Notes under the pieces: model-generated
Databases searched by the model: none
Seen by the model: the letters and a program-made list of their open reading frames with translations, nothing else
Told to the model about the DNA's origin: nothing
Assembly: GCF_009914755.1 (NCBI RefSeq)
Contig: NC_060944.1
From: the human T2T-CHM13v2.0 reference genome, Homo sapiens
Reading direction: 5' to 3' (one strand)
Length of the DNA: 64,000 bases
Program-made: the position numbers and the translations under genes
Shown here: piece by piece, positions 37,850 through 51,133 of the stretch
Layout: each line of letters begins with the position of its first letter
Numbering within the stretch: position 1 is the stretch's first letter

Positions 37850-38260
37850 TAGGTGGTCACAGCACCCGTTCCTCTGGCCACAGTGGTAGGCTCAGGAGTG
37901 GGCAATTGGCCTCAGCCAGGCCATTTGGGGCCCTCTCTGAAAATGGCTGTGTTTGCTGTTGTTGGTAAAGTGGCTTTTCCTTTTGGGTGTGGAGCTGTGA
38001 GGACACCCGTGGAGGACAGCTGGGGTGCCCCCTGACTGCAGGGCAAGGCAGCCTCTTTGCTAGAAGTGGAACAGAAGCCACTTAGAATCAAGTGAGGAGA
38101 GACAGAGAATGATCCAGAAGACACAGCTCAAGTCCCTAGATCCAGCCATGCCTGCAATTAGCACTCTCCCAGAATTCTAGTGAAAATGAGGTAGTACATT
38201 TTCTTTTTTTTCTTAGCTATTTTGCACTGGGCTTCTGAACCTGCCACAGAAAGACTAATG
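37850..38260 (+). mobile_element. MLT1K/L-type LTR remnant
   Basis: CCTCTGGCCACAGTGGTAGGCTCAGGAGTGGGCA...CCTAGATCCAGCCATGCCTG...GGGCTTCTG. Confidence 0.55.
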
Positions 38261-39249
38261 GATCCAAAGATTGTCTGGGAGGAAAGAATGATCTGCCCAG
38301 AGTGGGTGAGAGAACTCACTCTAGGCAGGACCCCCATGAGCTGCCTCTGCTGGCTGACCTGACATTCTCATTCAACAATTTACTGAGAATCAGGAAAAAA
38401 CAGCTGGGACTCATGAGAGTCACCCCATGGGCTCTGCAGCCAGCTGCCTGATGCCCTTGGCTCTGCCACACACCAGCCCTATGACCTGGGCAAAGTCACT
38501 TCACCTCTCAGTTTCCCCACCTGTAAGTTGGGTAGATGAGAGGAGCTTCCTCAGGCTCGTAGGCTGTGGGAGGAAAAGACAGCCACCAGAAGCCCCCTCA
38601 GGCCCATGCACGGCCCTGCACCCCCACTCCCAGCACGGGTGGGCCGTGCAGCACTGGGGTTGCCAGCTTACTGTCCATCTTTTTCCTGAACTGGGAGTTA
38701 CTTGGGGCCAAGGGTCTTCCTTGTGCCACTCACCATGGAGTCACCCCACTTTCGATGGCTTAGCTTTTAGTCAATAACAACTTTGCTAAATGGATATTGA
38801 ATGGATGCTGGGACTTTGCCTCATGGATTTGCAAGTGGTTTGCTCACCAGAGAAACACAGACACGTGCCCTTCCCAGGATCTTTTCATTCCCACCCCCAG
38901 TGCAACCTATGAGGTCATCATTTCTCTGTAAGAAGGCACAGTGAACAACCTCTGTCAGGGGCCCAGCTTGCCGGTGCTGAGAGCTTCCATCTTTCCTGCC
39001 CACCTGGTAGTTGTCTGGAGGCAAGGGTGTTGTGTCATTCATCCTAAGAGCACGAGGCAGTCCTGGGATTTTTCACCCGGAGTTCCCATTTCTAAGGAGT
39101 TCTCTGAGTTCCCTGGTGAGAGAGGGGCCCTTGTAGAGACAAGCAGAAGCTGTAGACTGGCTGGGAGCTTCGAAGGCTGTCAGGCTTAGAGATGAAAGTG
39201 GCCTGGCTGGGAAGAAGGCAGTGGGATGAGAGTGGGCCAGCCAGGACAT

Positions 39250-39512
39250 GAGTGTGAGGGATGAGGAGTACCCCAATTCTGGACCCAGCCTGCCTCACAC
39301 AACAGGGCACTGCCACCTGCTGACTCACCATCACTGGCAGGTTACTCGTGTTCTCTGTGCCTCAGTTTCCTCATCCTTAATATAATGCTGATCATAGAGC
39401 CTATCTCATAGGGCTATTCTGAAGATCAAATCAATTAATATATGCAAATGCTTGGAACAGCCATCAGCACATGGTGAGTGCGGTGTGAGTGCTTCCCTCC
39501 ATCTTTATTATC
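39250..39512 (+). mobile_element. MIR
   Basis: TTCTCTGTGCCTCAGTTTCCTCATCCTTAA...CCTATCTCATAGGGCTATTCTGAAGATCAAAT. Confidence 0.85.
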
Positions 39513-39799
39513 ACTGCCTCTTCATGTGGGGCACGACTAAGAGGCGCTGACGTCCTGGATCAGGGACCTTGTCATTCAGAGCTCTACCCCCGGGGGGCCA
39601 ATAGACAGTGGGGAGCTCTCCAAATGCTGGTGCTACAGAATCGTAAGGAGCAGAAGCAGCTAATGGTGGGAAGCCCCCCGACCCCGGGCAGCCAGAGCCT
39701 TCCTCCGTGGATGACAGGTCCACTCAGACCTGACCTTCCTCCTAAGTGGCTACACAGGCTTATCTCGGGGACACTAAGTGCTCCCTCTTCTATTTGCTG

Positions 39800-40235
39800 T
39801 AGAGAACAACAGTAGAAATTGTAATTTACAGGTTGTCTGCAAATTACCGCCTGGTCTGATTTATAATTCATAGTACAATATTTATTTCTAACAGGAAATT
39901 AATTTTGGAAACTCAGTGGGTGATTAAATTAAATTGCAAAACCATTCCACTTGCTTGGGAGGAGGGGAGTGAGTAACTGGAGATTATATTAAGAGATAAA
40001 TTGGGAAGCATCTACACTCAGAAAACCTGAGATAGGAGGAGGGAAACAGTTCATCCCTACTCGAAGGAGATGGCCGTCTTGTCAAACATTTATTACAGAA
40101 CATGTGCCCTCATGCTTTGGGGTCTCACAGTTACAGCCTTTTCTCAGTGGATTTGTCATTAAGGCAAAGAAAAATAAAGGCTGAATTGACTGTATATCCA
40201 ATTCAATGGCACTTTGAATAATGAGCAATCCTAGG
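39800..40235. promoter_or_regulatory. Candidate homeodomain-motif-rich enhancer
   Basis: A non-repeat AT-rich island in a GC-richer background, with many TAAT/ATTA cores (TGATTTAT, TGATTAAATTAAATT). Confidence 0.35.
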
Positions 40236-40834
40236 GAACAAGGTGGAAGCTCATAGCATTTTCATGACCAGTCTTGGGAGCCACACAGCATCATTTCTGC
40301 CACATTCCCTAACACTCCACCCAAGCTCCTCCCACTACTGAATGGGAGGAGTGTCAATGTCACATTTGTTAGAAGAGCAAGTGGGGTGGAATGTGTTTTC
40401 TTTGAAAAACACAATCTGCCCCAGGGTATAACATCTTAGACAAGAGCCTGACACATAGCAAGAAGCACCATGAATGTTAGCCATTCCTTCTGCCTGGGGG
40501 ACGAGGAAGGTCACCTGGAGGGGATGGTGTTGGACTGGGCTTTGAGCAGTGAGGATTTCCATAGGCAGATGCTGACTTGGGACACCTCGGGCAAAGGGAT
40601 CAGAATGAACAAAAGAGAGAACAGAGAGAAAGGCTTGACAGAAGCTGATGGCCCCTCCTGTGGGGAGCATCGGGACTATGGAATGTGGGGTGAGAGATTT
40701 CCAGGAGACATGAAGGCCAGGCATCCAGGACTGGACCTTGGAGGGAGCCCTTGAAGGGAAAGTTTTTGAATCTGTTGTAAAAACCTTTCTGATTTTGGAG
40801 TGAGAAGCAGCCCTAGAGGTTTATTCCACCTCTT

Positions 40835-41700
40835 GTTTATTCATTCAACAATTTTCCATGAAACAGTCCCTAGTACATGCCAGATATTGGGGAATACACT
40901 GCTGAACAAAATAAACATGGTGCCTGCCTGCGTAGCTTACAGTCTTGCAGAAGAGACAGTGACAAAGCAATAGGCGAATTATTATACCATGGCAGATTCT
41001 TGAGTGTTGGCATGGAGAATGGCAGGGAGACACCTTGTAAGGGACTCTGGGAAGGCCTCCTGGGTGCTGACGTTTTGGCTGAGTTCTGGAGGATAAAAGG
41101 GAGGGTGGGTGGAGATCAGCTAGAAGAGGCATCCAAGTGGGAGGGGATGTGGAGAGAGGAGTGGGCAAGGCACCGAAAGCCACCCATGTGCCTGGAATAA
41201 AGTGGGTTGGAGGAAGGGGAGGGTGGGGAACACAAAGCCAGGCAGGGCCTATCATGGGGGTCCTTTGTGGTCACAGTGAGAACCACTGAGGGTTATTGGA
41301 GCATTGGTCACAATGCCATCCAATTTAAGTTTTTAAAAGATGGCTCAGGCTGCTGAATGGAAAACAGATCAAGGTGTGGGTAAGAGTGGATGAAAGAGAC
41401 AGACCCCTGGGATGTGGTGAGACCTTGGACCAGGGAGGAGATGAAGTCCAGGAATGGGATCCAAGATGCGTTTTGGAGGAAGATCTTATGTCACCTGCTG
41501 ATGGATGGGAAGAGCAAGTGAGGAAAGGTCTGGGACATCAAAACGACTCCCCAGGGTCAGGTTCTGCCCTGCTGTGCCCTGCAGGGATGCCCACTGAGAT
41601 GGGCAAGGGTAGCTTTGGAGGCAACCCCAGAGCACCATTTGGATGCTGGCCTTGCTGCGTGCCAGAGGCATTATGGAGAGGGCAGGTGGATGCCTGGGTC
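40835..41700 (-). mobile_element. L2 fragment
   Basis: TTTATTCATTCAACAA...GGGGAATACACTGCTGAACAAAATAAACATGGTGCCTGCC followed by L2 body. Confidence 0.8.
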
Positions 41701-42324
41701 TCAGACTTGGATCTTATCACTGACTTCAAATGGCCTTCATGGTGGTTTTAGAGAAGAGGAAATTGTGCCTGAAGTTCGTTGGGAAGACTCACTCCTGGAC
41801 AGTGTGGACTGGGGTGAGAAATGAGCGAGAAGGGGAGGTAGCTTGAAGGGTGCTGCTTTGAGAAGATGAGAGGACGAGGGCTCCGAACTCTGCCCGCTGC
41901 CATAGGGAAAGAAACCCCAAGTGCGTCAAGAGCCGAGGAGCTGACCGTAGTTGGCCCAGGGCCTCAGACGATGATTTCCCAAACAGGATCAAAGAGCTCA
42001 CGCACTTCTAATCAAATAAGTTCATCAAAGGGGCAGCTAATAGCCTGAATACCAGGGGCTGTTCCACTGACATAATTTTTTATTGTGAATTAATTCTATT
42101 TTAAATGTCCCAAAGAAGCACTGACAATCGCAATCTAGTACTGTGGAGAGAGCAGTGGATGGGAGCTCAGAAAACATGAGATCTACTCTGGCTTTACTGC
42201 TAGCCAGCTAGACACCTTGGGCACATAGGTTCAGTCTGTGGGCCTCAGTTTCCCTCATCTGCCAGGCCAGAGTAAAATTGATGTATCGCTTAGCAGAGCA
42301 ATATTGATACAAAAGCACCATCTG

Positions 42325-42695
42325 TGAGCTCATGTTCCCTGGATACTCACCAGCTAGTGCAGTACCATGAGCCACGGCAAGCAACTTCCCTCCTCAGCCC
42401 AGATGGGACGGGTTAGGAAGTGCCTAGGAGCCAACGTCCTCAGTCAACAGGACATGGGGGTTGGGAAAGCATGTCTGAGGCATGCCCTGCACCATCTCCC
42501 AGGGGTCCCCAGTGAAATTGCCCACGGAGGTAGCAACTCCACAGCCAGCTCATTACCTCCCTGTGTATGTTTCCTTCCATTTCTTGTCTCTGTTCCTAAC
42601 ACCCCAACAGGAGCTTCCTGGGATCAATATCCAAACAAACTGCTTGCACCAAAAGCCTCAATTTAGGAGCTACTTCTGGGCCAGACTCAGACAAC
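42325..42695 (+). mobile_element. LTR16-type ERVL LTR
   Basis: GGAAGTGCCTAGGAG...CCCAGGGGTCCCCAG...GCTTCCTGGGATCA...CCAAACAAACTGCTTGCAC. Confidence 0.65.
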
Positions 42696-43700
42696 TACAA
42701 GCTCCAAATTCAGAAATCAGAAGATATGAATAGTGGATGAGGCTACACACATGTACACATGCATGCACATACATGTGTACAGCACATAGCATCCAGCACA
42801 ATGCCTGGCCCTCCACAGACGCTCAGCAAATATTTTTTAATAAATGAATAAATCAATGAATGGCTTTCCTTTTTGCAGCATGTGCCTCAAGTCCCCAGCA
42901 GTTCAGGACATCAAACAGAGGTGTCAGAAAGCACAGGCAGGATTCCTGGGGTGGGATCTAGGGTCATTCCAGGAGCCTGTCTGGGGATGGGAAGGGCAGG
43001 GAGCCCTCATCTTCCACTCTGCCCCTCCCAGCAGTCCCGCCAGTCTCTGCCGGGGGCTTCCCTCCCCCACCAGCTCTCTTGCTGGGCCCCCCACCCCAGC
43101 CCATCTGTTCAGCATGTGTAAGCATTGTCAAATTGTTTGAATAAATTGTCACTCCGATTAAAATGTTTATGTCTGCAGGATGACTCGTTTCTGCTAAATT
43201 GTACCCAAATAGTCTCACATTTGCTGTAGATATTTGACATCTGTGTCTGGTCTCCCCACTGACGACCAGATGGAGAGCTGGATCCACGCAGAAGCTCCCT
43301 TGCTCCCTTGTGCACTCATCACTCACAACCTGAAGCCACTCAGGGCTTGGGCCAAGTGGGTGGGAGGGAGGATAGACTGGGTGTCTTGCCCACCCTGCCC
43401 TTGACAAACCTCATGGGTAAACACACACATGCACACACACAACACACGAGTTTAATTTTCCTTAGATCAGACTTAGATGCAAGATCTTTAGTGCCTCTTG
43501 GTCCTAAGGTTGGCTCAAAAAATTAAAAAAAAATTCAGTGCCTTCTCAAAGATGGTCGATGTTTACTGTATGTTAATAAGTGCAGATAAATGACATCCCA
43601 ATAAGAATCCCATACACCCCTGGGATCCCAGACTCAGCTGGTCAAAGCACCAGCACTTTTGCAAAGTACAGAACTTCCTTGTGATAGCCCTCACTCTACA

Positions 43701-43980
43701 GGATGGGTGGCTGTATAGATGGAAAGAAGGAAGGAAGGAAGGAAGGAAGGAAGGAAGGAAGGAAGGAAGGAAGGAAGGAAGGAAGGAAAGAAGGAAGGAA
43801 GGAAGGAAAGATGAATGGAAGAATGGATGGGTGGAGGATGGAAGGATGGATGGATGGAGGATGGATGGATGGATGGATGGATGGATGGATGGATGGATGA
43901 ATGGAAGGCTGGATGGATGGACAAATGGCCAGATGGATGGATGGATGGATGCATGGATGGATGGATGGATAGATAGATGA
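43701..43980. repeat. (GGAA)n followed by (GGAT)n compound microsatellite
   Basis: 15 uninterrupted GGAA (43729-43788), then AGAA, 4 more GGAA, and then degenerate GGAT. Confidence 0.97.
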
Positions 43981-44061
43981 ACCTAATAACAAACTTACCA
44001 TCCATCGAATGTCAGCTGGTGTACATGCAGCATTTACTTTCTTTATCACTAGCAATAATTA

Positions 44062-44450
44062 GTGTTCTATTATTGCATAACAACTTACCACAAACTTAGT
44101 GGCTTAAGACAACACACATTTGTTATCTCACAGTTTCCATGGGTCAGGAGTCTAGGCATGATTTAGATGGATCCTTTATGCAGGGTCTCACAGGCTGCAA
44201 TCAAGGTGTTGACTGGGCTGCATTCTCAACCAGAGACTTGACTGGGGAAGAATCTACTTCCAAACTCTTTCCTGCTGTGGGCAGCACTCATTTCTTTTCC
44301 CAGCTCCTTACTGGTTATCAGTTAGAGGTCCTAGAGGCATCCAAAGTTCCCTTCCATGTAACTGGCTTTGCTGGCAGTTCACACGTGGCAACTTGCTTCT
44401 TCAAGACCAGCAAGAGGTTCTCTCTCCAGTCTGCTAAGATAGAGTCTGAT
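44062..44450 (-). mobile_element. MLT1D/E/F-type MaLR LTR
   Basis: TTACCACAAACTTAGTGGCTTAAGACAACAC...CTCACAGTTTCCATGGGTCAGGAGTCTAGGCATG...GGGGAAGAATCTACTTCCAA. Confidence 0.8.
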
Positions 44451-45094
44451 GGTGGTCACCCTAGAAGAAACATGGCCTAGGGGAAGGCAGCCCCTGCCAC
44501 TGAGGCAGTCCCCACAAGTTCTGACTGCTGCAGCTGGCTGCTGATAGACATCCCAGCAGCTGGAGCAGTTAGTTCTTCATGGGGGTGGGATCTGGGGATA
44601 CACTTCCATACCCACCACAGGTAACACAGCTGCCCAGAGTAAAACAAAGGCAGGAGTAGTCCTGCATTTAGGACAGCTGTGAGCTGGATAAGCCCAGCCC
44701 AGAGAAGCATCCACTGGACCTGGCTGTGTCCAGATGGCATCTGTCCAGACCTGTGCTGTGATGGATGTGTTCTTTTTCAATGTCAGCTGCAACCATTTCT
44801 CATGCAGGAGAAATTTCCACCTCCCTCTGTCTCTCTTCTCTAGGCAATTGCACCCCACAAGGCCAGAGATCTGTTTTATTGAGCATCTATTACATACCAA
44901 GTACTGGAGAGTGCCACTCCCTCACCTATCAGTGCTGTCTACATGGCCTCCTTGCAGGGGACAGTAAGAGTTAGAGGGGACAGTGCATGTGAGAAGTTCA
45001 GGACAGCATTTGGCTTGAAATAAGCACCCAACATATAGCAGACAGTGATGTGAATCTGCTCCCACCCAAGACACCCCCGACAGCCTCCAGGGCT

Positions 45095-45312
45095 TTTCTC
45101 TCACCACACTTCCTACATCTGGGGCTGGTGACTCTCTGTGGGGGCTGCTCTGTGCATCCTGGGATATTTAGCAGCATCCTCAGCCTCCACCCGAGAGATT
45201 CCAGGAACACCCCCTACCTCCCCCATTTTGACAACCAAAAATGTCTCCAGACATTGTCAAATGCCCCCTGTGGGGGTGGCAGAATGGTCCCTGATGGAGA
45301 AACAACTGCTCT
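45095..45312 (+). mobile_element. MER20 (hAT-Charlie)
   Basis: TTTAGCAGCATCCTCAGCCTC...TGACAACCAAAAATGTCTCCAGACATTGTCAAATG. Confidence 0.88.
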
Positions 45313-46479
45313 GGCAGAAGACAGACCAAGACACAGGGCAGGCCCTGGAGAGACGTGTGGCCTTCTCAGAGAGGCAGTCCTTGGCCTACCCTCAGGTCTG
45401 GGTAGGATTTCTGAGGTGAGGAGGAGGAGAGAGAAAAATTCCAGGCTGTGGGAAGAGCACAGGAGCCGGGGTGGGGTGGGGATCCATGCTGCTGGCAGTG
45501 TCCACCCCAAGTCGGGACACAGGAGCTCTGGGCTGAGTCATTATGAAGAGGTGTCCATGATCAAATGCTTAGCTCTGCCTTGGCCCAATCCCTTCCCTTT
45601 CTGTTGTTTTATGTCCCCATCTCTTTTTTTCACCATTCCCTTTTAGGAATAGTCACCTAGGAGGGCTTCCCCAAACATGTGCTTCCTAGGACCCTGATCT
45701 TGGAGACGCCACCTTACTTCAAGGATCTCTCACTGTACAAAGCCTCTGCTGGCCCCTCGGGCAGCCAGACACTGCCCCCAGCTCCTCCTCCCCAGCAGTG
45801 ATGTCCAGTCCAAGCAGGTCGTGGGCATCCATCCTGCCAGGCCACTCCCCATGGAGATGCCCACCTCTGGGAGTGCTGTCCCCACACTCATTTTGGGTTT
45901 TTCCGCTGCACTATTCCTCGCGCCTTCAGCTGAAATAACACAGGTGCCTGCCTCTTCTTTCCTGCTCTCCCAGAGAAGCCAAACATCCACAGGAGAGGGG
46001 ACATGGAGACAGCCAGGGCCCTTGTCTGGGTCCTGCCCTGCCTCCTCTGCCCAGGAAGCCTTTGAATCTGTTTATCCTCCTAAGCCGGCCAGGGTCAGGC
46101 CACCAGGTGCTGGCTCCTGCCAGGCCCATCAGCCTCGCCAAAGCCACAGCTTGTCCTGCCCGAGGCCAGGGGCCTGTCCTCTGCCAGCTTAAACCCTTCA
46201 AGGCCATTCTCCAGTGCATCCAACCAGCTTCTGCCTTCCCATCCACTCTCTCAGCCTCCCACCCACAATGGCAGAGGGAACGTGGTGGCCAGGGCAGAAA
46301 ACAAACCCTGACTCAGAGCAGGGTCTCCCTCTCCCTCCCTCCCCACATTTATTTGGCTGTAAATTTTTCAATTTGTCCTCCAGCATAGATTCTGGATATG
46401 AGCTCTTCCTGTAGGAGAACCCACCCTGATTCTTGCAGATGCCTCTTCCCAGGTGTCCATGTGAGTCCTTCACCCCCGA

Positions 46480-46870
46480 GTCTGCCATCTCCACAGCCAG
46501 AGGGGCCCTTTGCAGATGGAAGTTAAGTCCCAGATGTCACCTCTCAGCTCATGATGCTCCCGTGCATCCGCATCTTATGCAGTATAAAAGCTGAAGTCCT
46601 GGCTATGGCCTCGGTCCCATGACACCCACCCCCTGCCTTTTCCCACACTCTGACTGCACTCTCCCAGAGTGCTCTGTCCCAGCCCACCAGCCTCCTTGCC
46701 AGTCCTCAGATGCTGGGTCCACTCTCCCCTCCTGACCTGCACACTTGCTCTTCCTCCACATGAAACAGGCTCCCTGTTAGACCAGCGGGTTACTCCCTTG
46801 TTTTCTTTAGATCTGTACAAGCATTTTGCCTTCTCTTTGAGACTTTTTCTGACCACCTTATATTTAAATT
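46480..46870 (+). mobile_element. L2 fragment
   Basis: CCAGCCTCCTTGCCAGTCCTC...CTGCACACTTGCTCTTCCTCC...CTGACCACCTTATATTTAAAT. Confidence 0.6.
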
Positions 46871-46881
46871 AGACACACTCT

Positions 46882-48336
46882 ATTATCACCATCACCAAGA
46901 CCATCACCACCAACCATCACCACCATAATCATGACAACTACCAGCATCATCACCATCACCACTATCATTACTATCACCACCACCATCACCATCACCACCA
47001 CCATCATTACCACATCACTACCACCACCATTACCATCACTACAACCACTACCACCATCACCACTATCATTACTATCATCACCACCAACACGACCACCACC
47101 ATCATCATCATTACCACCATCACTACCACCACTACCACCATCACCACCATCACCAAGACCATCACCACCAACCATCACCACCATAATCATGACAACTACC
47201 ATCATCATCACCATCACCACTACCATTACTATCATCAACACCATCACCATCACCACCATCAGCATTACCACCATCACCACCATCACTACCACCACTACCA
47301 CCATCACCACCATCACTACCACCATCACCATCACTACCACCACTACCACCATCACCACCATCACTACCACCATCACCACCATCACTACCACCATCACCAC
47401 CATCACTACCACCATCATCACCATCACTACCACCACTACCACCATCACCACCATAATGACCATCATCACATCATCACATCACCACCACCACCACTACCAC
47501 CACTACCACCATCAATACCACCATCATCACCACCATCACTACCACCACTACCACCATCACAACTATTATTGCTATCATCACTACCATCACCACTACCACC
47601 ACCATCACTAACACCATCACCACCACCCAACCACCATCACCACCATCATCACTATCACCACCACCATCACTAACACCATCACCACCACCCAACCACCATC
47701 ACCACCATCATCACTATCACCACCACCACCACCACCACCATCATCATCACCACTGTCACCACCATCACCATCACCACCATCACCATCACCACCATTACCA
47801 CCATCACTACCACCATTACCACCATCACCACTATCATTACTATCATCACTACCATCACCACTACCACCACCATCACTATCACCATTACCACCACCACTAC
47901 CACCATCACCACCATAATCACTATCATCACCACCAACACCATCACCACCACCATCATCACCACTATCACCACCACCACCAACACCACCATCACCACCATT
48001 ACCACCATCACTACAACCACTACCACCATCACCACTATCATTACTATCATCACCACCATCACCACAACCATCATCATCACCATCATCATTACCACCACCA
48101 CAAATACCACCATCACTATCACCATCACCATCACTACCACCAGGACCATCATCACCACCATAATCATCATCACATCATCACCATCACCACCATCACATCC
48201 CCACCACCACTACCACCATTACCATAACCATTACCATCACTACCACCACCACCACTATCGCCATCATCACCACTTTCATCATCATCATCATCATCATCTT
48301 CTTCACCACCATAACCACCACCACCATCACCACCAT
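46882..48336. repeat. Degenerate (CAC/CAT/TAC)n trinucleotide array, ~1.45 kb
   Basis: Read directly. It accounts for the Thr/Ile/His-rich and Val/Met/Gly-rich ORFs. Confidence 0.97.
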
Positions 48337-49379
48337 GCTGTCTCCCCACCTTCATTTTTCTTGATAACACTTCCACCACCTGACAGCAGAGAAAATCCAG
48401 TCGCCACATGAATGCTCACTTCTAGGAAAAAATTCACACTCGAGGTTCCTCTTGTTTTCCTGTTTATTAACTTCTCTGGGCCAGGAGGGTCTGTTCACAA
48501 AGGGTAAATGTCCATGTGACCTGAGAATCTTCATAGCAGCTGCTGATGGTGTGTTCCCTGAGTGCCAGCCTCTACACAAAGTGCCTGCCCCAACCGTCCC
48601 ACTAAGTCCTCGCCATAGTCCTGAGTGGTCGCGAGGAGTGTCATCCTGGGTTTGTGGATAAGGACACCATCTGTGAAATACATTGAACCCTCAGGCACTC
48701 AAACCCACAGCAGTGGAATGGCTTCCCTGCACCTCAAGTCCAACATGCCATCTACCAGCCTCAGAGCCAGGGAGGGAGCCCTTTGTGACCACAGGAGAAA
48801 GTCTTGCCTCCACCAGGCTAAGCCCAGGCCCCCTGGCTGGGACAGGCTGGGATCTGAGCTTCCTGGGGCAGCAAGGCTCAGCTAGGGTGTTGGGGGCTGG
48901 GCACGATGGAGGCCTCCCTTTCGACACACTTGAGAGAGCTCAGGTGTGATGTTCCAGCCCCCAAGTCTCGATTCTCAGTGGCTTTGGCCAGCACCTCTCC
49001 AGACTCACATACTCCAAACCTGTTCAGGCCTCCTGGGAATTTCTTCAAAGCTGAGAGGAGAGCTCCAGGCCATCCAGAGCACCAAGGGAGCTGTGCTCCA
49101 GGGCCATCTGAGGCCATGAAGGAAAGGAGGAAGCCAGCTGGGAAACCCAAGTTTTATCTGCCATCCTTGAGGTGTCTGAAAACCAGGCGCGGTGATCTGA
49201 GTTTTGCAACACTGACGGCCTGCATGTGTGTCTGTGTGCATGTGCATGTGTATAAGTTAATGTAATATGTAAACCTCATTAAAGATATGCAGGCATTAAT
49301 TATTTAACATTGTAGTGGAAAATGTCTTCATGTTTCTTGACAATGCATTACGGGAAGACTTGGGATTACTAAGCAGGAA

Positions 49380-49600
49380 GTGGGTGCAGTACTGTGCCAA
49401 GCGTGGAGTGTGTGTTCATTCTCTCCTGCCATCCTCACCACCACACTAGGAGTGGCCACAACAACACCCCACTTTACAGGCGAAGAAAGAAACTGAGGCC
49501 AAGAAATGTAAATGACACTTGAGATTGCAGAGTTGGTGACGGGCAGCACGGAGCCTGGAACTCAAACCGCTCCCCTCTAGAATCCACAGCACCATGGCCA
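49380..49600 (-). mobile_element. MIR
   Basis: CCCACTTTACAGGCGAAGAAAGAAACTGAGGCC...GGAACTCAAACC. Confidence 0.75.
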
Positions 49601-50151
49601 CCCCAGGCTGCCCCTGGGTCAGGGAGCCCAGCTCCCAGGTTGGCCTAGGAAAGGCAGGCTCCAGTGACCCCTAGTTTGAGAAGACTTAGCTGGAAGTTCA
49701 TTCGCTTCCCCAGGCCCTTCCACGACTGCAAGGAGAAAGTCTCCATGGAGTGGGAGCATATTTTAACCCTTTTCTGACATTTGAATTGCAACAAACATGA
49801 AAAAGGGAACCTCATGTTCAGAACCTTTGCAGGCAACCATCTCCAGCCAGCCACACGCATAACTCGGCTTTGTCTTCATTTCACTTATTTTTAGGGGTAC
49901 TGTCTATTTGTGGCATGTGATACTGGTTTCCCAAATACTGTAATTATATAAAATTCCCATGTTAAATACACTTATTGGACTTAAGAAAGCAAAGTGACTT
50001 AATTTAAAGAAATTTATGAAACAAGTGATAATGGTATAAAAATAATTGGGGTTGATGCAACTCTATTCTAGCCCAAATTCAGCAATAATAAACTATCGGC
50101 TGCCAAGGAAGGGGGAAACCTTGCCAGTCTTCAAGGACTTTATGTTCTGGT

Positions 50152-50354
50152 TCAAGGGTTCTCACCTGGGCATTACTGACATTGGGGCCAACTCATTCTC
50201 TTTAAAGGGTGGGCAGGGGCTGTCCTGGGCATCGTAGGATGTCAAGCAGCATCCCTGGCCTCTACCCACTAGATGCCAGGAGCACCCCTCACCCTCTCCT
50301 GACAGCCAGACATATCTCCAGTCATTGCCCGATGTCCCTGGTTGAGAACTGCTG
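50152..50354 (+). mobile_element. MER20
   Basis: GGTTCTCACCTGGGCATTACTGACATTGGGG...AGCAGCATCCCTGGCCTCTACCCACTAGATGCCAG...GGTTGAGAACTGCTG. Confidence 0.9.
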
Positions 50355-51133
50355 ACCTAGTTGCAGGTGGCACCCTGAGGAGGCCTCAGACACCCGCTCT
50401 GGCTGTCGACCTGCAGAGGAACGCAGCGGAAAAGCTGCAAAGGGAGGAGGGCGAGCAACAGTCCCATCCACCCACCTCCCCGGCCTCAGAGCTGGCCCGG
50501 GTTCCTCCAGGACCTGCAAAGTCCTTGCAGTAAGCAGCAGAAATGCAGGCACTGTTATGTCTTTCGGATCCTGCTATCCTCGTGGGATTTCTGTAGCTGA
50601 GTTCCCAGAGAGACTGCAGCTGCACAGTCAAAAATATCCATGCCGCTGTGGATCTTGGAGCTGTTTGTATGAGCTGAGCTGCCCCACAGAAGTGGGGTGG
50701 GGGGTGGGGGGGAGTTGAAGTTGGGGAGAAATTAGGAAAGAAAAACAACAAAACAAAAACCTTCACAAAGCAGATCCAAATGGGAAGAGAAATAGAAGTA
50801 TAATATGAAATACGGGAAGGGCGAAGATGAGAGGATAGTTGTTTCATCATTGGGGAATCTTTTAATAAGATGCCAAAAAAAATTCAGCAGAACAAAGGAG
50901 TATGGGAAAGGATGAGAGAGTGTTGACTGAGGACACTTTCCTGCTCCGACATGAGCCTGAAAACGAGGACTTCTCAGCTTTGGGTGCCTGCCAGAGTCAC
51001 CTGGTTTGGAGGCGGGAGTGCTTTCAAATGGTACACGCCCCGGCCTTCCCTAGTCCCACTGAGGGTGTCAGTGGCCTGCCTTGTTAAAGAGGCCTCATGT
51101 GATTCTGACATGCAGCCAGAGATGAGCATTTTC

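Noticed and set aside
38025-38038. CTCF-like motif (minus strand CAGTCAGGGGGCAC), plus other partial matches such as CAGGTGGCAC near 50364
   Set aside because: Each has mismatches at informative positions, and a motif alone is not predictive without ChIP data.
46864-48409. Mucin-like Thr-rich, poly-His and Val/Met-rich ORFs
   Set aside because: They are readings of the CAC/CAT array on both strands with frame switches, and have no signal peptide or splice context.
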